64,000 bases of DNA from Anthoceros angustus (Eukaryota > Plantae > Anthocerotophyta): NCBI GenBank assembly GCA_010909165.1, contig VJWM01000234.1, positions 186,001-250,000 on the forward strand. The letters run 5' to 3'. Shown in pieces: positions 49,311-62,925 of this stretch. How positions within the stretch are numbered: position 1 is the first letter of the stretch; each line of letters begins with the position of its first letter. The translations under genes were made by a program, and so were the position numbers. The notes under the pieces are model-generated. The model was not told where the DNA came from and ran no database searches. It worked only from the letters and a program-made list of their open reading frames with translations.

Positions 49311-51849
49311 GCCTTTAGCGGCAAAGCGCGGGTGGTGTGATAAGTAGCTGCCGCGGGTCAAGCCGGTGGCCGACTTTTAGACGGGCGCTGGGTGCATCCG
49401 CAGCGCAGGCGCGGCAAAGGATCTGCAACTGGTGACCGCCGCCTGCACGTGAGCAAGTAGCTGCCGTGGGCTGGGCCGCTAGGCCGAGCCTTCGCACGGT
49501 TTGGACGCGCCACGCCGGGGCGTGGCTCGAGGCCGCCGAAAGGTGATCGCCAGCGCTCGCCGCCAGGATAGTGGTCGCTGGCCGCGGTACTGTGAGGGGC
49601 CGGCCGCGGGGTAAGGTAACACGGGCCACGGCAGTAACTCGCCATGCGGGTGCGGCAGCGGGTCGGGTAATCACGCGAGGGCGAAAGCGGCTATGGATCG
49701 GGCGCTGTCAGGCGGAAGGGCGATAACACATCGCCGGTGCCCCTTTAAGGCGGCGAGAGCGGCGAGGTCTCGACGGACTGTCTCAATGGACCGCGCGAGG
49801 TGAGGCGACGAGCCGGCGCCTGGGCCGTGACCGGCATGACATACAATATCAGCCGGTGGCTCAGCTCGAACCGGCATGCGTGATAGGGGTGCCGAGGCCG
49901 CTCGCTCCGACGGTGAGATCGCTGCCGCAACGCTACTGCTGCTAACCGGAAGATCTGTGCCCGCTGAGATCCGCTACCGAGCCATCGGGCACGGACCGGA
50001 TTATTTTCTACCGAGGTCACTGAGGCCGAAGCGCTCATGGCACGACGGACCGGGAGGCCGCCCGCCTCGGTCCCAGCCTGGGCCATGGCGGCCGGGCTTC
50101 GCCGCCGCCAGACAAGGCCGGGCCACCGCTGTCAGCTTCGAGGTTGCGTAAGCGGCATCGGCCACGGGCCAGCGATCAGTGCGGGCGGCGCGGCGGCGCG
50201 GGCAGGCGTTTCCTACCGAGGCCAGAGGGCTCCACCGCTGCCATGCGGTACGGGCAAGGCGCGTCGGTACGGGGTGCCTATCGCATCGGCCTCCGCTCAA
50301 AGCTGAGGACCAAATGCATCGGGAGCCACGGACCCGGGAAGCCGACCGCCTGCTCGTGCTCGCTGGTTGAGGCCACCCGGGCCGCCGGGCCGCTAAGCCA
50401 CGCTAAAGGGGCGGGCAGCGGCGCTCAGTCAGGCAGGGCGTGTGTGGGCCGAGGTTCTGACGCAAAATGACGGCCACCGGGCGGGCGGGCGTTCTCGGCC
50501 GAGTCAGAGGGGCTCGAGGGAGCACGAAGCGGGGCGAGGCCGAGATAGACCTCCATGATTCGTCAAGGGCTCAGCCGCCGGCCGAGGCGGATCCCAGACG
50601 TCCGCCAGGGCAGGCCGGAGGTCGCTACTTGCCTGCCAGATCGGCATTCACCGGACGGGCGGTGAGGCCCGAGGGCTGTGGTGGCGGCCCGAGCTTAGCG
50701 GCCGGCAAGTGATTAAGATCCGGGACAAAGTGCCCGGCATGGGCGGTGCGAATCGAGGGTTCCGGTGAAGCAAGAGTGCCAAGGGGGCATGGCTGACCTC
50801 CGAGTCAAGGGAGGTTGAGCGGGCGAGGAAGGCCGGGACGCCTAGGACTCGGAAGGTTGGGAGGCCGACCGGCTTCGAGCTCGATCCCAGTGCTGGTACT
50901 CTTACCACCTTTCGCTCTTGCATACATAGCTGGCCCCGCCTTTGAGCACACAAGCGCAACACCCACTTTCTTATGGCTTCGGATATCATGCTTGGAGGAG
51001 AACCCATTTTGGACTCCATAGACTTCACAGAATCGCAGGCTCCTACATCTTCCAAGGGAACGAGGGGCAAGAATAAAATTGAGAGGTCTGAACAAACTCT
51101 TCCAAGTTGATATCAAGAAGCGAGATCTTGATCAGTTCGTGCAGGCCTGTCCCAATTAGCGAAACAGCACAAACTTAAAGCGAGTCTGGAATTTCAAACA
51201 ACATTTTGAAGACAAGATTCGGGCCCAACAACTCAGAGATTGTTGCACTTCAAGGAATTGGGCGAGAATTTCCGATACCTATACGTCGGATATTGTCCGG
51301 TATCAACACCAAATTGCTTCCCTCAATAAGCAATTGCCTTACCTTCCGCCAAGAGCGGCGGTTCCTCAATTAAAACAAACGCCTTCCAACATCACCGCCA
51401 GCCGTTGGATTGGACACATTGGGGCAGTAATCCGCACATTGTTTGCTCAACGAGGACGTTGCAGCCTTCAAAAAGGATATTATATGGCAGCACTTTCCGC
51501 CCATGAGAGTTAAATGTTTGGAGCTCAAGAAATTGCGTCCAAGGAGAAGTGCAAGCTATGTCCTGGCAAGATGTCCATTTCAAAACCTCAAGTCAGGGCA
51601 GACTCAGTGATTTACGCAACAGCAAACAATTTGTGCAGTACCCAAATTGGTAAGGATATTAAAAGCCCAATGTACTTAGACTTTAATACACTTAGTCTAA
51701 GTTAGGTGTCATCGATTAAGTATCATTAGTTTAATGAAGCTAATCACTAGGAAGCTTCTTGTGCCCTTCCTAGGGGCTTCTCAGGAGCTTCCTAGAGTTC
51801 CCATTGAGGGTATAAATCCGCTTCCCATCTCAATGAGAGAGAGTTACAC

Positions 51850-52025
51850 CTGCCTCCTCTCCTCCTCTTCCTCTCCTCTCCCTCCTCCTCCTCTCCTCCT
51901 CCTCTCCTCCTCCTCTCCTCTCTCCTCTCTCCTCCCTCCTCCTCTCCTCTCCTCTCCTCTCCTCTCTCCTCTCCTCTCCTCCTCCTCTCCTCTCCTCTCT
52001 CTCCTCTCCTCTCCTCTCTCTCTCT
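51850..52025 (+). repeat. (CCT/CT)n microsatellite inside the Copia-4 5' LTR
   Basis: ~170 bp of ctc/cct repeats, versus ~25 bp in the 3' LTR. Confidence 0.9.
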
Positions 52026-52929
52026 TTCCACCATGGCGCCACGATCCTTCAACCGGTATCGAGCTTTGGTTTGTTGTGATGCTAGAATTTTCTAGTGGGC
52101 GCAGCCGTGGAATTGCAGTGATCCGATCGCGAGGGTCAAACGCCGCAGCAGGCGGACGAGGCCGCGAGGCAGGCCGCGGCAAGGCCGCGAGGCGGCGCAC
52201 GGGCGGGCCGGGCGCAGCCGGCATGGACACGGGCGGCGGGCGAGCGGGCGCCAGGCCGCACGCGCAGCGCGGGCGCCGGCGCGCAGCCGCGGGCGCGGGC
52301 GAGGCCAGGCGCTGGCCGCGCGGGCGCCACGCCAGCCGCTGGGCCGCCAGCGCCGCGGGCCGCCCCGGGCGCGGGCCGCGCGCCGCGCGCGGGGCGCGCG
52401 CGCCGCGCCGGGCGCCGCGCGCCGCGCGGCCGCGGGCCGGGCGCCGGGGCGCGCCAGCCGCAGGGCGCCGCGGCGCGGCCGCGAGGCGCGCGCTGTGCGA
52501 GGGCGCGGCGGCGGCCGCGTGGAGGGCGCTGTGGCCGCAGGCCGCGAGGCGCGCACGCGGCGCGCGGGGCGCGCGACGCAAGAAAGCCGCGGGCGTGAGC
52601 CGAGCGTTTGACAACGAGCGAGTCACAAGACACGTGTTGCCATGAGATCAAGGCAAGACGACAAGGAGTCGACGTCTGACGCCATGTCATAGTACGCCAA
52701 CAGTCAAGGACAAGGGATGTGGAGTGGCGTGAAAGAACAGTCACAGGCGGCAGGACCGGGAAATAAGGAAGCTGAGTAATCAAAGGACGAGAGGAGAAGT
52801 GTGGGGCTTCTCGTGTATTGGTTGAAACAAATTGGTGGACTTGAAGATGAAGGAAGGGACGAGGATGTCCGATCATCCGAATGATTTCAATACCATTTTC
52901 AGCCACTCATCTCAAGGTATCACCCCGTT

Positions 52930-55900
52930 CCGGAGAGCTATGTTTCGCTGGTCACATTACGAGAGTTGGGACACCTTTCGCGAGTAATCCTCGCTAGTGG
53001 TCTTACCATTGTAAATGTAGAAGGTAGCAACGAGGAGGTGAAGAAAACATGGAACCTTCCAAAGGTTCCGGTGCCCTCATAGTGAGAGGGAGGTCCACGA
53101 AGGGAAGCAACCGGACGAAGCTTCTCTCGTAGCAAATCTCGTAGTCGTAACAAGAATGTGGAGTGTCACTATTGTCACAAAAGGGTCACTTCAAAAGAGA
53201 GTGCGAGAAGTTCAAAAGGACCAAGGAAAAGAGAAGAAGGGGACGACAAGAAGGCGACTTCGTCTGTCAGTTGGAAGAGTTAAACTCTGAGGACGGAGAT
53301 GTCCTTATCTCTTCTTACTTGAATGCGCAATTAAGCCGTGGATAGTCATTTATTCTGCAATTGGATAATTGACGGTGCATCTTTCCATGTTACTCCTCAT
53401 AGAGAGTGGTTTAGCACGTATGATGCTACAAGGAAAGGATGCGTTAGGCTTGGAAATAACTACGCATGCCGATCGCAGCGAGGTGATGTGCAACTCAAGT
53501 TTGACAACGGATCTTCATTCATGTCAAGGACGCGTTAGGCATGTTCAAGTTGACAAAGAGCATGATTAGCGCAGAGCTTGGATGATGTTACCACCGCTGG
53601 TTTGGGATCACTCTTGGAAGATCTCCAAAGGTTCTCTTGTGTTAGCTCGTGGATCGTGTGGCACTTTGTACTCACTTGGTAAACACCGCCAAAGATCATG
53701 TGATCTGTGTGAGAAAGCACCAAATGTTTGTGGGGCATTGCTTAGGACATATGTCTAAGGGAATGAAGGTTTTATCTCGCTCGTTATATCCTGTTCTTAA
53801 CTTCTCTCGATCTCTCGATGTGTGAGCACTTATATGGGAAGACAAAATCATCACATCGAACAAGGTAAAAGTAGAAGTAAACCTCTTGAGTTGGTTCATG
53901 TGATGTATGTGGACCTATGCTCATTGCATCATTAGGCGGTGCCTCCTATTTTGTCACTTTCATAGATGATTTCACGCAAGGTGTGGGTTTATCCTTTGAG
54001 GAAAAGGATGAAGTTCGAGTTTTTAAATTTGTCACCCTTGTAGAGAATCCCGCCACCGATTGAAGTGTCTGACGATAATGGTGGCGTATGTTTCAAAGCT
54101 TTCCAGTCATTCGATTCCAAGGGAATCAAAAGAGAATTGATCACCAGATACTCCTCCACAAAATGGTGTGAGCGGATGAATGAACCATTCGGAGAGGATG
54201 CGAGTTTGTTGTCAAACTCGATTGCCTAATGGGTTTTGGGCGTGTCATCGCAGTTCATCTTATTAATGATCTCCTAATAAGGTTGATGAGCAGTTCCGGA
54301 GGAGCTATGGTCCGGAAAGAAACCATCCTACAAGCATCTGCGAGTGTTTTGTGAGGCATACTGCCATGTTCCAAAAGAGTTTCGGGACAAGTTGGCACCT
54401 AAGTCCAAGAAATGTATTTTTCTTGGCTATGGTGATTCTGGTGAGATGGGATACCTTTGTGGGATCCAGGAAAGGCTAGTTCGTACTAACGACGTGTTCT
54501 TCAATGAGAACAAGATGCACTGAAGCCTACTCCAAGTGGAGGTGCGAAGGGTGATCTTCCAAGAAGATGGACATGATCATGGGCGTGTTGATACCGTGGT
54601 AATGTGCGAGCACATCCACCCAGATGAACCAAGAGTCGAACAACCTATAGAGGTGCTCGTTTCAGGGTCGTGATTACACGACCTCGGCTGTATGATCCAT
54701 CTCGGATTATGTTATCGATGATTGTGGGGAACCCTCTTCTTACAAAGAGGCTCAATGAGTAACAAAGAGAAGTGGGAAGGCCATGCAAATGAATTACGCA
54801 TAAGAACCAAACTTGGGAGTTGGTTCGTTGCAAGGATAAGAAGGCACCACTGCAAATGGGTGTACAAGATGAAGGTCATACCGCTTGATGGCAAACCAAA
54901 GTACAAGGCACGATTGGTTGCTAAGGGTTTCAAGCAACAACTGCATTGACTTTGATGAGATTTTCTCACCGAGTCAAAATGACAACTTTATGTGTTCTTG
55001 CTTTGGTTGCTGTGAATGATATGGAACATGATGGATGTCAAGACGGCATTCTTGCATGGTGACCTTCAAGAGGACGTCATGCAACAACCAAGGTTTTGTT
55101 GAGAAGGGCAAAGAGCATCGTGTGCGAGGAAGAGCCTTTATGGTTTGAAACAGCACCAGAGTGGTATCACAAGTTCCACTCATTTATGCTTTCTCAAGGC
55201 TACAAACGAAGCGATGAGGATCATTGCCTCTATATAAAAGCAAGCTAAGGATCAAAGCTTGCTCATTTTGATCCTCTATGTGGATGATATGCTAATTCAA
55301 CAGATCTTGATGATTTCATTGAAGTCAAAGTTGAATGCTCACTTTGAAATGAGACTTGGGAGAGGCGAGCCATATACTTGGCATGCGATTCGTCAGACAT
55401 AAGCGCCGCTTTGTCTATTTAATACATTAACATGCTTCAACGCTTTCAACATGGAGAAGGGGAAGCCATTGGGTACCCATTGCCTCCATATGTGAAACTG
55501 CCGGATTGCCCAAGCTCGAGGAGGACAAAGCTGAAATGGAGAAGGTCCCATACTCATCACCGAGGGAGTTTGATGTATGCAATGATTGCTACACGCCCCG
55601 ACATTGCCTTTGCGGGGTGGTTAGCAGTTTATGTCAAACCCCGGCAAGAAGCATTGGGAGGCGATAAAAGGAGTTATGAGGTATCCGAATGGTACAAAAG
55701 CTTTGTGCATATGTTTTGGTAGTGAAGATGCATGTGGTTGGGTACATGATGCGATTATGCAGGGGGATATGGAAAAGGAGGTCCACATCGTTATGTCTTC
55801 ATGTGCACCGGAGGGGCTCATGGCGATCGTTTGCGATCGTGCATTACGCTATCTACCAGAGGCCGAGTATGTTGCAAAGAATCGAGGCTTGCAAGGAAGC

Positions 55901-56185
55901 CATATGGCTTGCTCGCTTAGTGGGAGACTTGGGGATCAAGGTTGAGTGCTGTTGCATTGTGATAGCAGAGTGCTATCCAATTGGCAAAGAATGTTTCATG
56001 CGAAGACTAAACATGTGGATGTGAAGTATCACTTCATTCGAGAGGTGTTGGATGACAAGAGGGTACAACTTGTCAAGGTTCACACCACCAACCCCGCAGA
56101 TATTCTTACCAAGGGACTCTCACAGCAATTTGCACAAGCTCGGACAATCGATGGGCATGAGATAGTCCATTCTCCACGAAGGTAA
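52930..56185 (+). pseudogene. gag-pol: Copia-4 gag-pol (gag partly missing, many frameshifts)
   Basis: CHYCHKRGHFKREC knuckle (~53160), WIIDGASFHVT, ELVH.DVCGP, WVYKM, DVKTAFLHGDL, LYVDDML, AEYVA, KTKHVDVKYHFIRE. Confidence 0.9.
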
Positions 56186-57309
56186 ATTGGCCTTTAAGTG
56201 GGAGGTTGTAAGGGTATTAAAGCAATGTACTTAGACTAATACACTTAGTCTAAGTTAGGTGTCGATTATATCATTAGTTTAGCTTAAGCTAATCACTAGG
56301 AAGCTTCTTGTGCTCCTTCCTAGGAGCTTCTTGTGGAGCTTCCTAGGGAGCCCATTGGAGGGTATAAATACCCTCCAAGCCTCATCTCAATGAGAGAGAG
56401 CACTTGCCTCCTCCTCCTCTCCTCTCCTCTTCCACCATCATGCCACACGATCCTTCACGTGAGGTTAACAGGTCACTGCTGGTTCCTCCTTCTTGCTGCC
56501 GTGGCCATCCTTGCCTGGTGGTCATGATGCGGCAATGTCGAATCTCAAGAACTATCGACAAGGAGTCAATCTTGAGTAGTGCCCGACCCTGGAACACTGC
56601 GCTCGCTCAGCTTTGGAAGGGTCGTTTGCGCCATGTCTAGCTTCCATCAAGGGCACTTATGTTGCAAATTCGAGTTCTTAGCCACGAAGTCTCCACTGCA
56701 TATCTTTCCGCACGTTTGGTCATTGGTAAGGACCGTCATTCTTCGCCTTTCATCCGCTTCCATCTCTTTCCAAGATAGGCTCCAAGTTCATGTCATACTA
56801 ATCTCCAGGTGTTTGATATAGAGATGATTTAACCGCTGTGAAGACCAAGCAAGCTTTTGATGCCCCGGGCTTGTGAGGCTCGCTACCATTGGAAGACTCT
56901 GCTTTCAATGGAGATCGGCCGATTGGTTTAAGGAGCCTCCCGGTTCAAGATGCGGCTCGCCTTATGGCCATCACCTACGGCTTGCAATTGTCGCACCTGT
57001 GGCAGAATCATGGATGGCTTCCCGGAATTGTAATGGGTCTTTATGGGCACAACCAAAGTGGATTGCCCATTTTTAGCGGACACTTGATTTCCTTCTAAAC
57101 TCACGAACACCAGTGAATGCCTACCAATCTTCCCAACTTCCCTTTCCTTTCTCTTTCGTGAGGTGTCTTCAAAGACGCCAAGGTCGCAGGGTGAGGCAGT
57201 CGCTTGATTTCCGATCTTCCTCTCCGATTTCATCACCGCCGCTAGGGAGTGACTCATGTGAGGTCTGCGGATCAGCCCGCAACCATCCTTCCATCTAACC
57301 GTCATTTGT

Positions 57310-59730
57310 TCATAGCCTATTGAGGCCTACATCCATCACAGGGAGAAGCTCCTTAGGCCAAATTCCGTGGATGAAGAGGGTCCAAGGCCAATCTACCTCA
57401 GCACCTATTTGGTGCATTTATGGGAGACGGAGGGACTCCTGACCAGCAAGGAGCTTGAGGATGCGTGGCATCCTTGAAGTCATTCACCTCCAGCTAAGCT
57501 TAGAGGCCCCTACCTTTGCATTGAGGAGACCATGGGAGGATGCACTCCACAAGCACACCAGACCCAGATCGAGGAAGTGGAGGCAATAAGATTGCCGGAG
57601 GAGGCCTTCCCCACAAGAGCAAGAAGGAGGAGAAGAGCAAGATTTGGCCAAGGAGGGCCAAGTGGTGATGAGAGAAGAACTACTGGCCCAAGGGTGGGGG
57701 AGTCCCACCACCATGGGTGCCTAGGAGGAGGCACCCCACCACCCCTAGGGGAGGCACCACCCAGCGGGAAGGAAACTACCGTAGGTCGCCCTACCACTAG
57801 GTAGGCGATCATCATGGTAGGGGAGCAGCCATCACAGAGGCACCCACGCCCAGAAGGTGCAGCCACGGCGTAGGGAAGGGCAAGGAGAAGGCGCCGAAGC
57901 GGGCGCCCGCCGCCATCACCCGCATTAGGTGGGAGAGCGGATGGGGCGACTGTAAGGGGACCCGCACCGCCGCGCGATGGCCCGGAGTGCAAGGGAGCTG
58001 GAGATTTCCAGCAAGAGGCCGGCAGGGGCAGAATTTGGGCCCCTAGGGGATTTGCTGAGTGCTTGTGAAGCACTCAGCCGTGTAGACTTGAAGGGGGCTA
58101 GGGAACTAGCAGCCTCCTTGTGGGCATGTCAGGAGGAAGTCAAGGCCCAGGAGATGACCGAGAGGAGAGCAGGGACCAAATGGCAATTGGAGGCCATGGA
58201 GTCCGAGAAGGCAGCCAAGTTGGAGAAGGTCAGAGAAGCTCAGCCGCGACCTTGTGGATCAACGCGCTGGAGAAGGTCCTGGAGGGAAGGTTGTCACAAA
58301 CAGAGGAGAGAGCCATTCGGGCGACAACCCAAAGGGACTCTTGGAGGCAGAAGGCGGAGGAGCATTTTGCCCAATTAGAGCAAGAATGCAAGGGCAAAAC
58401 GGAGGCTCTAGGAAGGGAGAAGGTGGCGGTCCAGCAAATGGACGCGCAGGAGCAAGTGATGGCTACCCAAGCCATCAAAATCCGGGATATGGAGGAAGAA
58501 TTGCGGAGGACCCGGTATAACTTGGAGGAGAAGCGCGAGAAGAAGCTCACCAAGAATTGCAGGAGTGAGAGAAGAATGCTTGGCAAGTGAGAAGGAGGGC
58601 TTGCCAAGCAGTTGGACTGGAGCAAAGGAGGTCCAAGAGGAGGAGCACCACAAGAAAGTGGTGCATGGATGCCGGGTGGTGAGGAAGAAGATTTTGGGTG
58701 ACTATGCCCTTCAGCAAAATTGGCCACCAAAAGGAAGCAAGGAGGAGAATGTGACCTCCATGTCAAGGTGGGAGAATTGACCACCTCAAGGATGCCTACA
58801 AGGGTAGGTGTGAAGATGGAGAATGGCCCACGGAGATTGATGATCTCCAAATGCAATATCATAGCTTGGGGCCCATCTTCACACAGATTTTGAAGGCCAA
58901 CAATGAGGTGTTATGCTTGGCCAAGAGGAGGACATTGGGTCCTCATGATGATGAAGGAGTTGCAACAGTGCAGCCGAGGCCTCCGATTTTGATGAGGCCA
59001 CGAGTGATATAGACTCCGAGGAGTCCGAGAGGAAGGAGGAGAGGCCGTGGCGCCAAGAGTGGAAGATGGCGCAGAGCAAGGAGGGGGACCCACCTCCGGG
59101 GTCACTACGTAGGGTGACCACCACTACCAGAGTCCGACTACTGCAGACCACACCACGCTAGTCCGCCAGACTACCGGTAGGCGCGCGTGAGCCTGGGGAG
59201 TCCGAGGCCCGGCCGAGGATGAAGGAGCCGGGGTCCAGAGTATACCCCGGAGGAGCTGAGGTGGTGGGAGACAACCCCACGGAGGAGACTAAGACGGGTC
59301 CGACCCCGAGGAAGGGGAGGGGTGAGAAGTTCCCCCACCGGATAAGGGAGAGCCGAGGCCGTGGAGGAGTTAGTGGGGAAGAGATTAGGTATGGACACCA
59401 TCACCGATGGGAAGGAGAGGAGAAAAGACTACCATGGTAGGGGACTACCCCGTAGTCTCGCCAGACCACCGCGTAGGGTGCCGATGAAGGGCGCGACCAG
59501 GGCGGAGGAAAAAGGGCGCAGGTGCGGAGGGGAGGCGCGATTGCTGGAGAAAGGGGAATGTGGCGCCGCCGAGATGGAGGAAGGGCAGATTGTACTTGCC
59601 CCACACATTGAAGGCGACAAGATCCGGGAAGGGAGAGCAAAAGGAGGGCGAGGGAGCCAATCCACAAGGAACGTCACCACCCCAAAGAAGATAAGGACTA
59701 AGAATGGTCAATGACCATAAATGAGCTTTG
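57310..59730 (+). pseudogene. Athila-like env-like/coiled-coil region and 3' UTR, fourth copy (5'-truncated)
   Basis: DNA colinear with 18060-20650. Confidence 0.75.
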
Positions 59731-59749
59731 GGGAATGGGGAAGGATAGG

Positions 59750-60711
59750 TGGTAGATACATCCTTTAAGGATGATCTTAGGTGAAGTTACTAGAATAGAA
59801 TTTACCAAGGATCAGATTAGGTGCCGCATTAAATGTGTGTAGGAAATAATAGAAATTGGAAAAGGTGACCGCAGAGGGTCACCTAAGGGAGGTTGTATGG
59901 AAGGCCTCCTATAAGAGGAGGAGGATTTCACAAAGTAAAGTATCATGCCTTTGCGCCCATACTCGCGAGTCCTTTGCCATTAAAGGAATTTCGTGGCCGT
60001 GAGCCAACTGCAGAGAGGAAGTCGCGTGGTCGGAGTGCTTGGTGGAGGACTTGCTCAAGTGCCTAAACGAGTTGCTCCCTTGTGAATGGTTGCTGAAATT
60101 GCTTTGCTTTGGGTGTGTGGCAATGCCTGTGAACTCTCGGCTTGAGGGTAGACTAGTGAAAGACTGGAGGTTCTCACTGGTGTCAAACTCATAGCAACCG
60201 CCCAAGGAAGAACTTGCTGGTGGAGGCCGACCTGTGCACAGCTGTAAGCCAAAGCAAGAAGCCCGAACCGAGGTTAGAATAGGAGGAAGAGGATGAGAAG
60301 ATGAGTAGAGGATTAGAGGTGTAGTTAGTGGAAGGCCACAGCAGAGCCTAAGGGACGAATCCCAACTGCAAGTAAAAGAGCGCTCCCCGAGTGGAGAAGA
60401 GTGGTCTTAGAAGTAGGGACAAATCGCTGGTGTGGACTGGGGTCCTGGGCGCCCGTGATAGGCTCCCCGCTAAGGTGACCTGCAATTGTGTTGTGTCGCC
60501 AGGTCGAGGATTGGTGATTTTCAAGCAAAGGCGGTGCAAAGAGGGAGAGTAGAGGCGCCTTGCTTGTTTAGAAGGTGAGAATTGTGTCTCGCAGTAAGCG
60601 ACGTGACATCACAAGGCCTCAACTTTCACACAAGTCTCATGGGACGAAACCCAACCGGGCGAAAGTGGATAAGTGTGGCCGCTAGAGGACTCTGAGTGCC
60701 CGGTTTTCCCA
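59750..60711 (+). repeat. LTR A copy, flanked by PPT (59730-59749) and a tRNA-Asp-type PBS (60715-60726)
   Basis: Aligns with 20671-21668; followed by tggcgccgtttg. Confidence 0.8.
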
Positions 60712-62925
60712 TTTTGGCGCCGTTTGACTTGAAAGTTTGAAGTTTTGTGGTTTCCATCGCTAGGCTGCGAACGTTTTTCAAAGGGACCGAGACCATATGT
60801 TGTGAAGAAGGAATTTCACGCCTAAGTTGTCATAGGGGTGAATGGTTGAGACACTAAAGGGGTTGCTTCCTTCTTAACAACCGTGGGTTGAGGACATGAG
60901 GATGTTGCATATGGGTAGGGGACGGGAGAGACGTAGGTCATTCACATCGCAAGGGACGACGAGCGAGGAATCGCTTGAGGGAAGAACCGGCCGCCATCGC
61001 GCAGGAAGACGCGTTACGGACAAGAGGAAGTCGCCACCGCGATGAAGAGGCGGTCGACGGAGGAAATTGAGAGGAGGGAGCGATCACCGAGAGAGGAAGG
61101 AGGTCGTGGAAGAGAATTGGTGTTTGGGAAGAGAGGAGACACGAGCGCCGCCCACCTGCGACCGCGGAATTTCCACGACGCCGACTTTATGACGCCAACC
61201 ACATCCGCAACAAATCGGCGACGACGAGGTCGAGCGGGAATTTCGTGCCCCGAGGATTTGGCGAACGCCTCGATCGACGCGAGCCTACCTGACTGGGCCA
61301 CAAAAGGTCGCTACCCTCCGGCCGGCCAGACCCAAAGATCCCAACTGCTTCCGTCCCCGAGGAAGAAGAAGCATTGGCAACAACGCCGCGAGCAACATGA
61401 GTGGAGTTGGTGAGGAGGAGGGCCGCGCCCACAACCGCCAAAATACGCCAAATTTGGCGAGAAAAGAAGGGAGATGACGCGAGGTAAGAACTTTTGAGCA
61501 CGCCTCCCACGCTAATTTGAGGATGGAGCCGATCGATCAAGATCTTTCCGATGGAGGGCACGCAAACGGCTGGTCGCACCCACAATGCGTGGCACCAACG
61601 GATTGGGAAGTTCTCAAGCTTTTCTTGAATCGGCCGAGGGCTCCACGCCACCACATACTTTGGCAAAGCCGAGGACCTGTGGGAAAAGAGAGAATCGTTG
61701 ATTATGTGGAGAGAACTTGGATATCCGGATCGAGTTCCGAAATGCACCCGAGAGGCGGGAGATCCACCCACCGGGTACTCACAAGAGCAAGCGCCGGATT
61801 GGTCTCGTGAGCGGATTCATGGAGGGGACATTTGCCACGTGACGAGACGCCTTTGTACGCCCCAAAGGTATCCATCGCAATTGATCGTGTTGTAAATTAG
61901 ATTAGGTTAGTGATGTTGTAAAACATGAGAGAGGCTCGATCCCGCCGTCTCAAACATTTACATGAAGAATTTAAACGACCGCGTGTTGAAAACACGGTCC
62001 GCTGCAAAGCCCAATTGAATGCTTTGTCTCAAGCCGGGAGGAACATCCCTCACGCCTAGATCATCTTATGGAGGTGGAATGGGAGCACCATGGATGTGGT
62101 CTTAGTGGGGATAATCGTTTTCGTTCAAGAATCTCTGTCTCTCTATTCCATCATAGTGCTATGATACGGCTGAACCACAACACGTTAGATGGATGCCTTA
62201 ATTGGCAAGTGGGGATGACTGTCTTGATTTCAAAGAACCCACTGGTTTAGTCTTCACTATGATGGACAACTAGTGGTGATTCCCCGACCTCATTTTGTAG
62301 TCTTGCTTGGTCGTGATGTGGTGACATGGAATGCCCTTATGGGTACAGAAGGGCTCGCCTGGAGAATGTAGTGGTACACCGGGTGGACATGTATGCAAAA
62401 TTTGGTGAACTGGAAAATGCACCAAGTTTTTGACAGTTGAACGACCCATGAAAGAGGACGATATGGTGGTGAGTCGAAGAAAAGGGCACGTAGTGCACTC
62501 ACAAATTGTGGAAGGAACGCGATTGCACTCATAGATGGTGGTGCATGTCTCTTGCCTAAGGGTGTTGTAGAGGCCGATCGTGGCCACCGCCTCCCTCCGC
62601 CGTTCCTTGTACTCATGCTATGTTTTTAGGAGAGCTTCATCCCGGCACATATGCTTCCAAATGTTTTCAAAGGCATCATCACCGGATGTCGAGTGCATGC
62701 ATCATGTGGCGACCGCCTGTGCACATGTAATCTATATGTGATGAAGCCACTATGTTTCTTTGCCTCAAAGCAAAAACTATAGTCACGGCCACAGTGATCA
62801 TGACCATGTTCGATGACTCGCGAACGCAGTTGGTACTTGTGGTGTATGCAAAATGTGGTGAATGGAAGGTGCGATTTTGACAACCGAACGCCCATGAAAG
62901 AGGACTCACACGGTGGACATGTTTG

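Larger units (their letters stand above)
51648..56457 (+). mobile_element. Copia-4: Tnt1/Tork-like Ty1/copia element
   Basis: LTRs 51648-52051 and 56207-56457; degenerate iMet PBS ggtatcgagc 52055-52064; PPT aagtgggagg 56196-56205. No matching TSD. Confidence 0.85.

Noticed and set aside
51734-52906. Long ORFs (303, 260, 256 aa) over the Copia-4 LTR and leader
   Set aside because: They arise from the CT microsatellite and near-pure GC low-complexity sequence that lacks stop codons.
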